DNA of 64,000 nucleotides from the NCBI RefSeq assembly GCF_009914755.1, contig NC_060942.1, one strand, 5' to 3'. Made by a program: the position numbers and the translations under genes. This stretch comes from the human T2T-CHM13v2.0 reference genome, Homo sapiens. Position 1 is the stretch's first letter; each line of letters begins with the position of its first letter. Positions 28,521 to 42,411 of the stretch are shown here, in pieces. The notes below the pieces were generated by a model, which saw only the letters and a list, made by a program, of their open reading frames with translations, did no database searches and had not been told where the DNA came from.

Positions 28521-30676
28521 TAATGATAAAATTGATTTAAAAACTTTTATAGATTTGGTATTAGCAGGTGAAACTCAAGGGATATTGAGCATCTAGTATA
28601 TATGATGCCTGTTGCTATGTGATAAGTAAATTGAAATGATAGTACAAACCCCCAATGATAGAAATTACCCTTTTATTCTCCAAGATGAAGTATGTGGAGT
28701 GGGGACATATAGGATTTCCTTGGATAAGAAGAGGGTATGGAAAATATGGCTGTGATCAATGAAGCATGCATAATGGATTATACAAGAAACAAGGATTCTG
28801 GGGGATCATCTCTTCATTACTGAGATTTATATAATCACACATATTATAATGTGTGCCAGCCATACCCTTTCACAACACATTATTGACATAAGACTGGACT
28901 AGAAGGTTTAAAGGTCATTCTTGTGTGTGCATATGTGTGGGTTTGTGATTTTATAGGCCGGTAAGTACTGTTACATTACTCTTATCTCAGCAATTAGAAA
29001 AAAATTCGTAATATAGAAAAGATAATTTTTGGCTTATAAAAGCTATATAGGAAATGTCTTTAATACATAATGCATTATTAACAATGTGTATTAACATTGA
29101 TTGAAAAACAATGCACTTATGTATTATGAGGGTAGTGGGTAGTGAATTCAGGCATAGACAGTGAAAATGTCCTCAATATGTCCTCAATTATATTTTGCCT
29201 TTTACACACGTTTCAATAATTTATTTCTAGAACTTCAGATATGTTCTTGTTTGTTATCTTCTTATTCACTGCTGAACAAACACTTGACTGGCATAAGCCC
29301 AGTGATTTTCTTGTTGATTTACCACTTTTAGCACTCAGAGTAATTTCCATCTTTGTCTCAACTGTGTTAGGTTTATGAGATCTACACTTCTTGTATCAGC
29401 ATTTTCATCTTCCATTTGTTTTTATAAAATAATGAAGACAGAAGGCAATAAAATATTCCAAACATACAAACACTGCTATACGAATATCCTGCCAAAAGTG
29501 TACTGCTGTTTGGCAGTCAGAAACTCTATGTGTTACCTGAGCATTTCAGCTTATCACCTGTGTATGAAAGTACAAATTTACCATTTAAAAACTTAGTTTG
29601 GGCTGTTGATGTTATAATGTACAATTGAATGGATGGTATGAACACAGGATGAATAAAGGTCAAGGACAATCTCTAGCTAAAACAATGTTCCTTAAGTCTT
29701 TTCTTTGACTTGTGCATAAAGCAAAGACTGAGCCTCATATTTCTGGAACTACTAGTTTCTCTTTAGGAATATACCACATCTAAAGATTCTGTGGGCATCT
29801 AGGGAGGAAAGTACTCAAAACTGCATGTCATGATTGACAAAATAATAATATTAGTAATAATAATAATGTATCAATAATATTGATACATGTGTTCATTTTA
29901 TTATTTTTATATATTTTACTATATCTATTTATTTATTATTCGTCTCCATTTCTAGAGGAGTATGTTAGAAATTTCCCATTAAAAAACATTAAAAATATTG
30001 CAGCATCACAAAATAGTAAGATTCTCTTCTTTACTGACAAAAGAAGTTTCTTCCCATTCCCTCTCAAGGATTTCTACCTAGGTAATGATTTCAGTCCATA
30101 TATGTATCCTCCTAAGCTTTTCTTTTCTTCCTCTGATCCCATAGTCTTTCCAGCTCTCAGACTTTCACTGATTGAACCCAAGTCAACGTGACATTTTTGC
30201 ATGGTAATTTTCCAGCTTTATTTCTAATTACCAAGTATTGAGGAATTTTTGTTGTCAATAAGCAATAGCAAATTTTTTGAAAATTACAAGTAGGCTTATT
30301 TGTGGATATGAGGAGACTCCTGGTTCCTTGATTTTGTAACAAATAAGTGGCTACTAGATACCAGCAGTCAGAGAAACAGATGACCCTGGTCAGGTTTACT
30401 CTTTGCCTTTCTTGCCCTGGCCTTACATTTGACATGGTGAGGACTCTGTGACACAGCACGTATTTGTACTTATGGATATATTTATTTTTAGCCACTGCTT
30501 TATGTAAATTATGCAGAGGAAGTATGTGATCACCTGAAGAGATCCTCAGACTATAAATAAAAGTAGTTGGGTTGTGGTTCCTGTTCTGTCATTAAACTGG
30601 TATGAGATTTGGGCAAGTTAAATTCTATCTTTGAATCTTAGTTTTCTCATCAGTAAAATAAGTATATAAGACTAAA

Positions 30677-31385
30677 TCAGTGGTTTTTAATCTTGGAAGC
30701 ATATTAGAATCCAGAGAGCTTAAAAATGTGAACCACCTCTACAATTATCTCCATCTAATTTTTTTTATTATACTTTAAGTTCTAGGGTACATGTGCACAA
30801 TGTGCAGGTTTGTTACATATGTATACATGTGCCATGTTGGTGTGCTGCACCCATTAACTTATCATTTACATTAGGTATATCTCCTAATGCTATCCCTCCC
30901 TCCTCCCCCCACCCCACAACAGGCCCCGGTGTGTGATGTTCCCCTTCCTGTGTCCAAGTGTTCTCATTGTTCAAATCCCACCTATGAGTGACAACATGCG
31001 GTGTTTGTTTTTTTGTCCTTGCGATAGTTTGCTGAGAATGATGGTTTCCAGCTTCATCCATGTCCCTACAAAGGACATGAACTCATCCTTTTTTATGGCT
31101 GCATAGTATTCCACAGTGTATATGTGCCACATTTTCTTAATCCATTCTATCATTGATGGACATTTGGGTTGGTTCCAAGTCTCTGCTATTGTGAATAGTG
31201 CTGCAATAAACATACGTGTGCATGTGTCTTTATAGCAGCAATCCAATTTTTAATTTAAAAAATAGAAACATCTGAGGTTTACCCCCATGGATATTCTGAT
31301 TTGAGTGTAGTGGGTGTGGTCACCAATACTTTGGAAAAGCTCTCTTGATGATTCCAATATGCAGTCAACGCTGAGAACTGCTGGA
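30677..31385. mobile_element. MER5-like element split by L1PA
   Basis: cagtggtttttaatcttgg...cattagaatc on the left; gattccaatatgcagtcaacgctgagaactgctg on the right. Confidence 0.6.
30759..31240 (-). mobile_element. 5'-truncated L1PA4/5-like element
   Basis: ttattatactttaagttctagggtacatgtgcac 3' end; ORF2 C-terminus YKDTCTRMFIAALFTIA... Confidence 0.95.
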
Positions 31386-31409
31386 CAATATGATCCCTAA
31401 GTCTTGTTC

Positions 31410-31660
31410 GGAAAGGCAATGTAAGATAAATGTTTAAGAGAATAAACATTGGAATCAGACTGAGGTAGGTTTGAATCCTAGCTCTCCCACCTCCAGGTTA
31501 TATAAGCGTGGGTAAGTTGTAACTTCTTAAAGTCTCAGTTTCTTCATCTGTACAGTAAAGTTAATACTTAACTCAGTGAGTTGTTGTGAAGATTGAGTAT
31601 AATAATGGATATAAATAAAATAGCTCAGGACTTTGCCTATGGTAGGCATTCAACAAATGA
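31410..31660 (+). mobile_element. MIR, near full length
   Basis: tttaagagaataaacattggaatcagac...tttgaatcctagctct...ctcagtttcttcatctgt...ggtaggcattcaacaaat. Confidence 0.8.
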
Positions 31661-31949
31661 TGATGATAAAGAGGATTCTTACTATGATGAAGCTAATACA
31701 AAAATTAAAAAAAAAAAATCCCTGAGTGTGGCTTTGGTCCAAGATTAGAAAGTAGAATAATAGAACAAAATAAAGAAACCGAAACAGCCGTCTGCATATC
31801 TTAAAACCCAGTATATCCCATGAGTGCTTTCTCAATCACCAGCAACTATGCAGTAAATGGTGCTAGACCAAATGATTACCAAAAAGGAAAAAATAACAAT
31901 AACAGCAATGAAATTAAATTGCTATCTTCCATGTTCATAAAAGTAGGTT

Positions 31950-32990
31950 TCAGGGATGAAAGACATAAATATGACAAAGCAACACTCAAAATATCTTGGA
32001 AAAATAGGAACATATTGTTATGGCATTAGGACAGGAAGGAATCTATAAACACAAAAAGACAAATTATAAGGGAAGGAATAAAAATACTGATGGCTATAAA
32101 ATTCAACACTTCTATATTCTAAAAGTATTATATAGCTAAAAGATAATATGTTTACCATATATAAGCAACAAAGATATAATAATCAGAATAAAAATCTACA
32201 AATCAAGAAAACAAAATAAATAAATAATTTTAAAAATGGGCAAAGTTTAGGGATTGTCGGCCCATAAAAGTAGAAGTAAGCAAATAAAAAGATGTACAAC
32301 CTTGCTATTTATCAGAGGATTGCAAATTAAAACAGAATGAGGTACAAATTCACATTCATTAGATAGACAAATTTTAAAAATATAACAATTCTGGATATGG
32401 TTATGTCTACCTATAGTCCCAGCTACCTAGGAGGCTGAGGTGGGAGGATCCCTTGAATCCAGAGTTTGAGAGTGCAGTGAGCTAGGACGGCACCACTGCA
32501 CTCCAGCCTGGGCAACAGAGCGAGACCCAGTCTCTTCAAACAAACAAACAAACGGGAACTAACAATTCTATAAACTGCAAATTGGAGATTCAAATTGCTA
32601 TGACAACTTTATGAGAAACCTCAGCTTTTTTCTATAAGGGGACATGATCAAGAGTGATCCCAACAGTTTCTGAATAGACAAAAACTGGTACTAACTTCAA
32701 TGTCATCAACAGGAGAATTGATGAATGAATTGTGAGAACAGTGCACAATAATGCTAATCAAGAATAAAAACTAATGGATGTGGATGAATTTTACAAATAA
32801 TATTTTTAACAGAAAACATCATTCAGAAAGATATACATAGTATGTTACCAAAAATGCTTTAAATAGTCCATTAATAACATATAAATTGTGGTCAAAAGAA
32901 TAGATACCAACTTCAGGTTAGTGGATAGATGGGGAGACAGGCAGAGAGGGAGAGGGATAGGTGAAGGGACACAGAAGGAATTTCAATTTA
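31950..32990 (+). mobile_element. L1ME-type relic interrupted by an Alu monomer
   Basis: aaaaatgggcaaag...ttgcaaattaaaacagaatgaggtac...caatgtcatcaacaggagaattgatgaat. Confidence 0.6.
32393..32553 (+). mobile_element. FRAM / AluJ right monomer
   Basis: Single monomer with (CAAA)n tail; TSD taacaattct at 32383-32392 and 32560-32569. Confidence 0.85.
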
Positions 32991-33076
32991 ATTTTTTAAT
33001 TTTTAACTTTTTAAAGACTTGAAGGACCTGTAAAATAGATTTGCTAATCTGGGATTGTGATCACAGGATTTTCAAC

Positions 33077-33118
33077 TGTGTGTGTATGTATTTGTGTTTG
33101 TGTGTGTGTGTGTGTATG

Positions 33119-33181
<63 letters not shown>
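33077..33181. repeat. Compound (TG)n(TA)n microsatellite
   Basis: TG run followed by about 27 perfect AT units. Confidence 0.95.
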
Positions 33182-33184
<3 letters not shown>

Positions 33185-33279
33185 CTTTCACTTTGCTGTC
33201 TTCATCTGCTATTGCTCATAATCTTTGTATTGCTATTATTTTAAAATGTGATTGTTGTTTGCTCACACTGCCATAGACC

Positions 33280-33430
33280 CTGTGCTACAACCTTTGTGTG
33301 TACCTTCTCATTTAGTCATCATGAGGGACTATCATTATCCCTTTAGACAAATGACGAGAACAAAGCTCAGGGAAGTGATCACAGTGCTGTGACTGGTAGG
33401 TTGGCAGTAGGGCCCAGGAGCCCACGTTAT
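33280..33430 (-). mobile_element. MIR relic
   Basis: ctcatttagtc...attatccctttagacaaatgac...gctcagggaagtga. Confidence 0.55.
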
Positions 33431-34167
33431 TAATCACCACATGTTGGAAAAGCTTGGAACTCCTTGAGTGTGCAACCCAAATGTTTATCATGTGAGCTCC
33501 CCTTCCTTTCTCAGTGGTGAGAAAAATGGAATAAATACTGTAAATGAGATGCATGCGGGGCTCTCATAAGAAGACTTAGACTTATCCTCAAGAGTAGAGA
33601 GAACAATGAAGCATAAAGGGCTTGAGACTTCCCAGGCAAGCTCCTGTCCTATTTTCCTTTACTCTTTATATCTCATGAATCCCACAAATTTCCTATACTC
33701 TCTTTTCCAACTCCTCACCTTCTTTCTCTCCATAAGAAGGTTTTCTTCACATATACTAAAGGACAGTGTTTGGAGAAGGGCCAGGAAATCACTGTGGACC
33801 AAATCATGAAATTCTGTGCCTCATCTCAATGAGGTTGCACCATCAACTGTTCAATCCATTAATCTCAGAAATATCATTTCTCCAGAAATGAAGATAAAAT
33901 ATAAGCAACTAAGTACCAAGAAAACTCAGTTTCTATCCCTGGTATAAGAAGTGCAGGTCACGCATATGAGAAATGTGATTAATTTTCCTTTCTATTTCCA
34001 GTGACCACATTGTTTGTTTCAGTCCTCATTCAACAGATATTTGTCTTTTGCTTTTCGGGGACACAGTAGTAATTGGCATTTTGGTCTGGTAACATTGGAA
34101 ATGTTTAACTACTTTGAATACTATACATTTAAACTACCCAAACTGACATGTTCTAAAGAATAATCTC

Positions 34168-34512
<345 letters not shown>

Positions 34513-34779
34513 TTAAAGAAAAGAAAGAGAAAAGGTTGGAACTTAAGTTTCTTCTTCATTAACTAAGGCCCAAGGGACATTTTACGTCTTTTTCTTGGAA
34601 ACTGAAGCTTCCACTCAGCCTTCTGTTTCCCTTAGCCTCAGTTCGCAGTGGGGTCTTCCACAGTGGTGACTTCCTGGCTGCTCTTCACCCCCCTATCCAC
34701 TGTTCACCTTGGGATGGGCAGACACTTACATGAGCCATGGGCTTGGAAAGAGAAATTTGGCTCAGAAAATACCTGACTT

Positions 34780-34932
34780 CTTTCTTTTTTTTTTTTTTTA
34801 ACTTTTATTTTCAGTTTGGTGTACAAATACAGGTTTGCAACATAGGTAAACTTGTGTCATGGGGATTTGTTGTACAGATTATTTTATCACCCAGGTATTA
34901 AGCCTGCTACCCATTAGTTATTTTTCCTGATT
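34780..34932 (-). mobile_element. Short L1PA13-16-like 3' end
   Basis: Poly-T, then aacttttatttt...ataggtaaacttgtgtcatgggg...acccattagttatttttcctgat. Confidence 0.85.
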
Positions 34933-34977
34933 TCAAAACATACCCGGTTCAACCTTTCCTGTCTCTCTGTTTCAGAG

Positions 34978-35047
34978 CCAGCCTGTCCAGAAGACACATG
35001 GATATTAGTTTTGCCAGCCTGTCCAGAGGTCACACAGACACTAGTTT
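34978..35047. repeat. Degenerate ~35-bp tandem duplication
   Basis: gccagcctgtccaga...cac...tagttt occurs twice. Confidence 0.7.
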
Positions 35048-35956
35048 AGGAGGACCTACTTGTGTTAGACAGGCCTGCCATTTTTCCAGGGTTGTCTGTG
35101 ACAATGTGGTGAAGTCTGTCTAATTCAACAAGGGACTTTCAGCAGCCAGAAACTATACTCTACAACCAGCTTTATCAGTAGTAAAGGCTGATATTTTCAC
35201 TTCCATTTGTTCATTGTCTATTTTTTAAAATTTTCCAATTGGCTCGAAGCTCAAGAGGAGAAGAAAGGGAGTAATTTATTGACCCCCCCCCCCCGTTTTG
35301 TCATGCAATATCATGGGAGAGATAAATAAGAGGGGACAAAAAGAAAAAGAGGAACAGTGAAAAATCTGCAGCACAGTCCTTTACTCAGCTCTGGAAGGAA
35401 GCCAAAAAGGAAAAATTAAGGTTAAAAAAAACTATGTTATTTTAAAACAGCTTATTGAAGGAAATAATAGTAACAGGAAAAATCAATGAAGTGCACAAAG
35501 CCGAATAAAAAGCAATGAAGTCTGGAGTAAAGGCAAACACTATTGTATTCAACAGAAGGAATCATGGGACTAATAACAAGTATGTACTTTTTATTACATG
35601 AACAAATAAAACATTTCCAATTGAAGCCACTGATCCCAATACCTTGGAGTGCTTGAGAATCATAAAAAGCATTCAGAATCTTTTTAAAAAGTCAATTCAA
35701 TGCTTACAGTATATTATCAATATCAGTAAAGTGATATTTGCCGGAAAGTCACCCCAGAACTATAATGTCAATTATGTCTTAGAAAGCATGTAAGCACTAT
35801 CCTCTCAGGAGCATTTCTGAAAGAATAATTTTTCTTTTTTAATTACTGGAGAGTCAGATCAGGACATTGGATGGAGGTCTTTTTACTCCCCACCTAACCC
35901 TAGGGCCAAAAAGGGAAGAACATAATTGAACTTCATCAACAATATTAACATGGTAG

Positions 35957-36365
<409 letters not shown>

Positions 36366-36959
36366 CTGTTGAACCCTTATATTTTTATGTTGCTTGTTGC
36401 TGACCAATTCTGCCTGCAGCTACTTACTTCTTTTTTAAATTCCTTGGGAAAACTGTATATCTCCTGGGAGCATGACCCCCTGCTATACATTTTGCTCTCC
36501 AATCTGTTTATCGTATCTCTTAATTGGCTTGAATGCCCTGATTACATTGGGAATTAAATCTGTCTTCCTATTTGGTTGTGTGGCAGCAGTTTGTTTGCAG
36601 TGTCTTTACTCAGACAGGACAAACCTTTAATGCAAGCAGGAACTTGTCCCGCCTTGGTTTTCTAGGTTGAAGGATTGCACCCCACTCCATCTGATCCCCT
36701 GCAAAATGCATTGTAATAAAGGGGTTCTAAAACTTTGTCATTTGCCAGTGTGTAGGAATCAAGGTCCAGAGGGAAAAACTGGTTTGTGGAATGGCTGCCA
36801 TTTTGTGACTATTATGATAAAAGACCATGGTATTTTATTGAAGGCAACAGAGCCCAGTAGCAGCAGAACACCAGGAAGGAGCGAGGAGATACCAGGAGGA
36901 GGGGAGAGCGCACTCAGAATTTTCTCTGCTTCATGTTTCCTGTGCCTAAAAGGATCCTT

Positions 36960-37265
36960 TTATTTATTTTTTCTCCCTGATGGATTCTTACTCATTCTCC
37001 AAGGCTCAGCTTAAACACCATCTCCTCTGTGGAGTTGTTTTGTATGGACTCTTCCTGCTCTGTATTTCTTCTTTTTCCGCACCTCAGAAGAGGTCATGCC
37101 TTCATCCTGTAGGCTATGGTAGTCACATGCACACCTCCCCCTGCTGGGAACCTTGGAAGCAGAGATCATGCTTTATTTCTCTGTATTTTCTAAGATTATT
37201 GGGAACCCAGTAGATAGGCAATCCAGGCAGGAATGAACAAACTGATGAATGAATAAGCGAATGAA
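36960..37265 (+). mobile_element. L2 3' end relic
   Basis: ttactcattctccaaggctcagcttaaac...gaatgaacaaactgatgaatgaat. Confidence 0.55.
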
Positions 37266-39680
37266 AAAAACTAGCAACATTTTGCCTTGGGTCCTCTGTG
37301 CACACACTGTCGTCTAACTAAATGGTGCAGCAAGTAATTCTTGCTAAACGATTTGCAGAAACTAGCCCTGGCAACTTTCTTCTTGCCCATCAAAACCTTG
37401 GAAATCACTTAATTCCCCTCTCTCACTTTTATCTCCTCTTGTTGATTCCATGCCTGAAATATTTCTCACCTCTTTCCATTTCCCCTATACCAAGGTTTTC
37501 CATGCCCTCTCCTCATCCCTCTTCTTAGCATTCTACTTGGCAGCATGGTTGTATCTGTTCATGATTCATTTCAGTTCCTTCTACCACCACCCTTCAAACA
37601 GCAGTTTTATACCAAGAGTAAAATGGATGTGTTTACAGAGATAACTTTAGAATGCGCTTGCTAACTGTTAGAGGAACATGATATATCACTATACGTTAAA
37701 ATTATCTGAGATGTTAGGGATGTTAATAAAATAAATTGGAAAGAGATGTGCATGCAGGGCCCTTATCATTCAAGATAACATCGGAAGCTCAAAAGCAGAC
37801 TCCCCTGTGTAACTGAGGGGAGCGTTTTACAAGATTAAAATGTTCCAAGCACTGTCGGCTCTGACAATGGCATTAAACAATTTTTCACAAGGGGTGGAAA
37901 TCAAACCAGATCTAATAAGAAAGATCCTTATGTGGCTGCATGATGAGAAGATGAAAGACGCAACTATTGCAGGAAGGATGGCCCTGACATGCAGGGGTGC
38001 CAGGCGATTCACAAAATCCTGCATGGGTGTAAGTTTCCGCCTGACACTTTAATAACAAAAATATCTCTTTTTAACTGGTGTTAGCTTATTTTTCCCTCTG
38101 GCCTTTCTTTTTCTATTTCTTACTGAAAGCAAATAACCTATTATCAACTCCTGATAATATGTGGTGGTTTTAACTTCAGCTCCTGAAGCTGAGTCTTGGG
38201 AACTGATGAATAAGACATTTTTCTTCACGTTCTATTGTGAAAACATTCCTGGTATTTCTCTTATTTCCTGTGCCTTAGAGAACTCAGTAGGGTGCTGAAT
38301 TTCAGTAGAGATACAAATGTACTTGCAAACTTGGCATTGATTTATCATGATCTTTCCTGCAAGGGAAAAATAGAGATTGTTTTTGCTGTACAGACTTCCC
38401 TAGAAGAGTTTGACTTCTAACACCTCTGATGGGTAGTCTAATTGGATTTAGAAGATGGTATGAATCTCTTTTGGCAACAATGAAAGGCACACAGAGGCCT
38501 AAGGGCAGCCATCATTTATTTATTTATAACACATTTTATTTCAAAAAAATGTTAAGCCAATCCCTGCTCCTGAGTCTACATCAATACTTTTGACACGTAA
38601 AAAAACAATATAAATCACAAATTTAATACATTCTCTCTAAGTTTTCCTAATGATATATTCAATGGTCTCATGCCTTCTTTCAAATTAAACAACCTAGTTT
38701 AGTCTCTTCTGTTTTCATGTATGATAACCCGCCTTGCCAATGCACCTGGTCCTTTAAATATCAATCTATATTTTTCCTGAAATGGAGGATACCTAATAAT
38801 TATCTGGAACCAAATAGTGGATTGAATGGAAACTCTGCTGTCCACACCTTTGACAATTATACCACTGGTTCCTCATAAAGGAACCTCCAAATGTCAAAGC
38901 ATAGAAGAAAGAATGAGAACTTTCTGCAGTCCATCATCTGTAATAAAGGAATGTTATGGAATACATGGAGAGAACGCCTGAACACAGCATTGGAAAGTGA
39001 AGAATTTGAATTGTATAGAGTAGAGGACAGATGAGCATCTTTTTAAATTAATTGAATTAACCAAACTTAGTACAGTATTAATAGCCCTTTATGAGAAACA
39101 ATTAAATATAGCAAAAATTGTGGTATTCCAAGGAACTATTCTAAAAGACATACAAATGGAAAGCCTAAGTGTGAATATGCATGCATGATAACTTGGAGAA
39201 AATTCCAAAGTTTGAGTTTTCCAATCCTTGAGGCTGTTCTATTAATAATATTCATCAAAATATTGGTTTCACTCAAAGGAATTGAGACTGTGGCTTCAGA
39301 AGGAAACATTTAACCAGATATATTTATATATTCAACCAGTGGAAAGAAGAAAATACATTACTTCTCTTTCAATAACACAACATCTTTATTTTACCCTTCT
39401 ACCTGGAGGGTACAGATAGAGTCCAGAGGAAAATCAGCTATTTCTGAATTTTTAGGAATGGTATTATCTAATCGTGAGCTACCTGGGGCCGGTGCTAGGG
39501 AGCACAGCGCCCACTTGTGGGCATGCGTAATTTGCCACTGCTCTGTGCAGGTGAATTTAATCAACACCTTTTACCTTCTCCCCAAAGACACCAGCCCACT
39601 AAAATGCATGGGGTTGGGTAGGGGGATGGTGGAGAAGGGTGGGAGAAGGGGCTCTGGATGTACACAAATCATTCGGAAAG

Positions 39681-39975
39681 GCAAACCATCTCTGTTTTGG
39701 AAAATAAAGTTTTATGGACAGCTGTGCCCGTTTGTTTACATATTGTCTGTGGCTGCTTTCACACAACAGAGTTGCATAGTTATGACAGAGAGTAGATTGC
39801 AGAAAAAAGCAAAGATATTCAATGTGTGTCCCTTTACAGAAAAAGTTTGCCAACCTCTGCTTTAAACTCTTAGGTTTACCTGCAAGCCCGTCTGGAGATT
39901 TTCAGAGATCCATTCATCCAATCCTCCAGAATATCAGCAATGTTTCCTTTACATTTGTGATTATGCCTTCCTGCA
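39681..39975 (-). repeat. Left arm of a local inverted duplication (truncated MER58A + ~115 bp of unique flank)
   Basis: Reverse complement of 44304-44602; about 22 substitutions and one A-run indel by manual alignment. Confidence 0.95.
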
Positions 39976-41084
39976 TTTTCTAAAACTGGAGGGAATATTT
40001 ATTTTTTTCAGTGTTATCAGAAGACACTAGAGTCTACATTTGTTAACTCGTTTATGTAAATGGGTGAAAAATCAGAGAGGACCACAGGAAACTTGTATTT
40101 TAAATAGCTTCCAATCACTGAGCCATAGAGAGTGATACCATGATCCAAGCCAAAGAGTGAGTACCGCCCTATAACACCCTCACCCCCAAACCAGGAGGTT
40201 TGAATCTGGGAGCCATAGTCCCAGAGGCATTCTACTGCTGCCACTGCTGATAAACCCAGCTGTCACACCAAGAAGGATCACTTCTCAGACTGACAACAAA
40301 GACTTCGGTGGTACCTACTTGCAGAGGTTGGCAAAAGATGCCACATGGGCCAGGTGTTCACAGCCTATCTCCTCCTCCATAAACAATGCAGGATGTTTTA
40401 TGCTCACAGCAGAGTAATGACTCTAAGAGACTGAATGATTAAATGCCAGTCTGCCAGCCAGAGTACATTTGTTTTCTGCTTGAAAAAGCCACTTTCATTT
40501 TGTATGACAGCTTTCTTAACTGCAACATAGCTCAGAAAATGACAGAGAGCGAATGAGAATAAGTGATTGTAAACTGGCAAACAACTATTTGCTACTATTT
40601 GAACTACCATTAAACTGTTCATTCAATTTCTACTCAGAAGCCATCAGTCAGCTGTGGAACCAGAATGTAAGCATTATTTATTTGGTGGCATTACAATGCC
40701 ATCTAATCTTGGAGAAAATCATTTAGACAAAAATCAGAGTATCCAAAAATTGCCTTGACATTCAGTGGCAAAATGCAATGCTTAACCATAGCTTCTTGCA
40801 TTTCTGTATTTTTTTTTCTCATTATTATTACTGAGATACTTGAATTCCATTCTCATTCCAATATCATGCCTTCAATAGTATCATTTTTCTCACTAGCTGC
40901 CTGTGCAGGCCAGGAATTGTTAACACAGAGCAAAGCTAAAGCTTTGTAAAATGTTCAAGGGCTACTCCTGGCTCCCATTTAGTATCATTCATTTCCTTTG
41001 GGAATATGCCTGTTCACAATTTCCTAAGACAGCCTTGTTCACCATGGAAGAAACAGAAAATGTAAAAACAGTGAGGTCAGCTAC

Positions 41085-41260
41085 CAGGTGCTCTGCCTAC
41101 TTTACCTTATTTAAACCTCTTAATCTTAATGAGGTAGGTAGTTTGCCTCTGTTATAGACAAAAAAGTTGAGGCTTATGTAGGTTAAGGGATTCGCCAAAA
41201 AGTTGGAGCTGGATATCAAGTCTGACTGACCCTAAGTTCATCTTACGAAGTTGCTTCTTA
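41085..41260 (-). mobile_element. MIR relic
   Basis: cttatttaaacctc...atgaggtaggta...gaggctt...ggttaaggga...aagtctgactgac. Confidence 0.6.
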
Positions 41261-41829
41261 AAGGAAGCTAGTGTTATTGCCTGTTCCATCGAAAGTAAAG
41301 AAATTTAAATACTCCAAAGGAGTCGGTATTTATTATGTATATAGATAGGAATTTGAAGTAATGAAATAAATCATGTTTAGGCGAATGTCAGTGTTAGAGT
41401 TCCATATGAGAGTTAATTTTTCATATATTAATACTGGAAGATTATGTCCTTAGTCTAACGATATTGACCACATTGAAATCATGTTTTAGAACATTTTCTA
41501 AGACCCCCTTCATACATGGAGTCACAGGTCTTTTGCTTTTGTTTTTGTCATTTGTTTGCTCATTTGTCTGCTTATTTTTAAAGTTAGCTATTTTTTTCTT
41601 AGCCCTTTATTCTCTCAAAGTGAATTGGTGTTTGATAACAGCTGAATTAATTTGGAGTCAAGTTTAGTGTTAGTGAATAGATCAAATTATTTAATATCAC
41701 TTTGTGTGTAAAAAGGGTTGATCATATGGTGAATGGATGTAAGTTACTGCACCTCATAAATGAAACATTTGAGTATTTATAACACTGTCCTAATGGTTTC
41801 CCAAGGATGTTAATTAGACAAAAAATAAA

Positions 41830-42290
41830 CTTTCTGGAGGATATTTTGGCCATATGTATCAGGAATTTTACATTTTATACATGTTTTAGCACAACAATTC
41901 CATTTATAGAAACTTATGTTAAATAAATAAACAAGATGTATACTAAGATTTTTTTTAGAATACTCATCAGTGCATTATTTGAAAAGGTAAAAATAAAAAT
42001 CAACATATCTAACATGAGACATTAGTCAACTATGTAATAAAATATGTTTTCATTTAAAACAATGTTATAATATGTAATGGTTCAATAAATATACATAATA
42101 TGTTTAAAATATTTTTAAAATTTAGTACAATATACTTCTATTTTTGTGATATCAATATTCTTTATGCATAAATATTATTCTTTAATATGTGAAGAGATGT
42201 ATAATGAAAGAAAAAAATGATGTGTATGTGCATTTTCTCTCCAAATTTTCTGCAGCACATGTGTTAATTTTGTAATGCAAATATTTAAAA
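41830..42290 (+). mobile_element. L1ME-type 3' relic
   Basis: actttctggagga...ttttggc...caattccattt...tttctctccaaattttctgca. Confidence 0.5.
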
Positions 42291-42411
42291 ACCTATTTTA
42301 AAAACTTGATTTGATCTATAGACATAATTTATAAATTTTACAGTGGTAGATAAACCACTGGCTTTAAATAATAGAAACTCATCATAGCACCTTTCAAAAA
42401 TATAGTCTTCA

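Noticed and set aside
35283-35294. C12 homopolymer
   Set aside because: An isolated simple run with no supporting context.
39458-39865. 135-aa ORF, and the similar 101-aa ORF at 44299-44604
   Set aside because: Their mutual similarity comes from the duplicated MER58A arm, not from a gene family.
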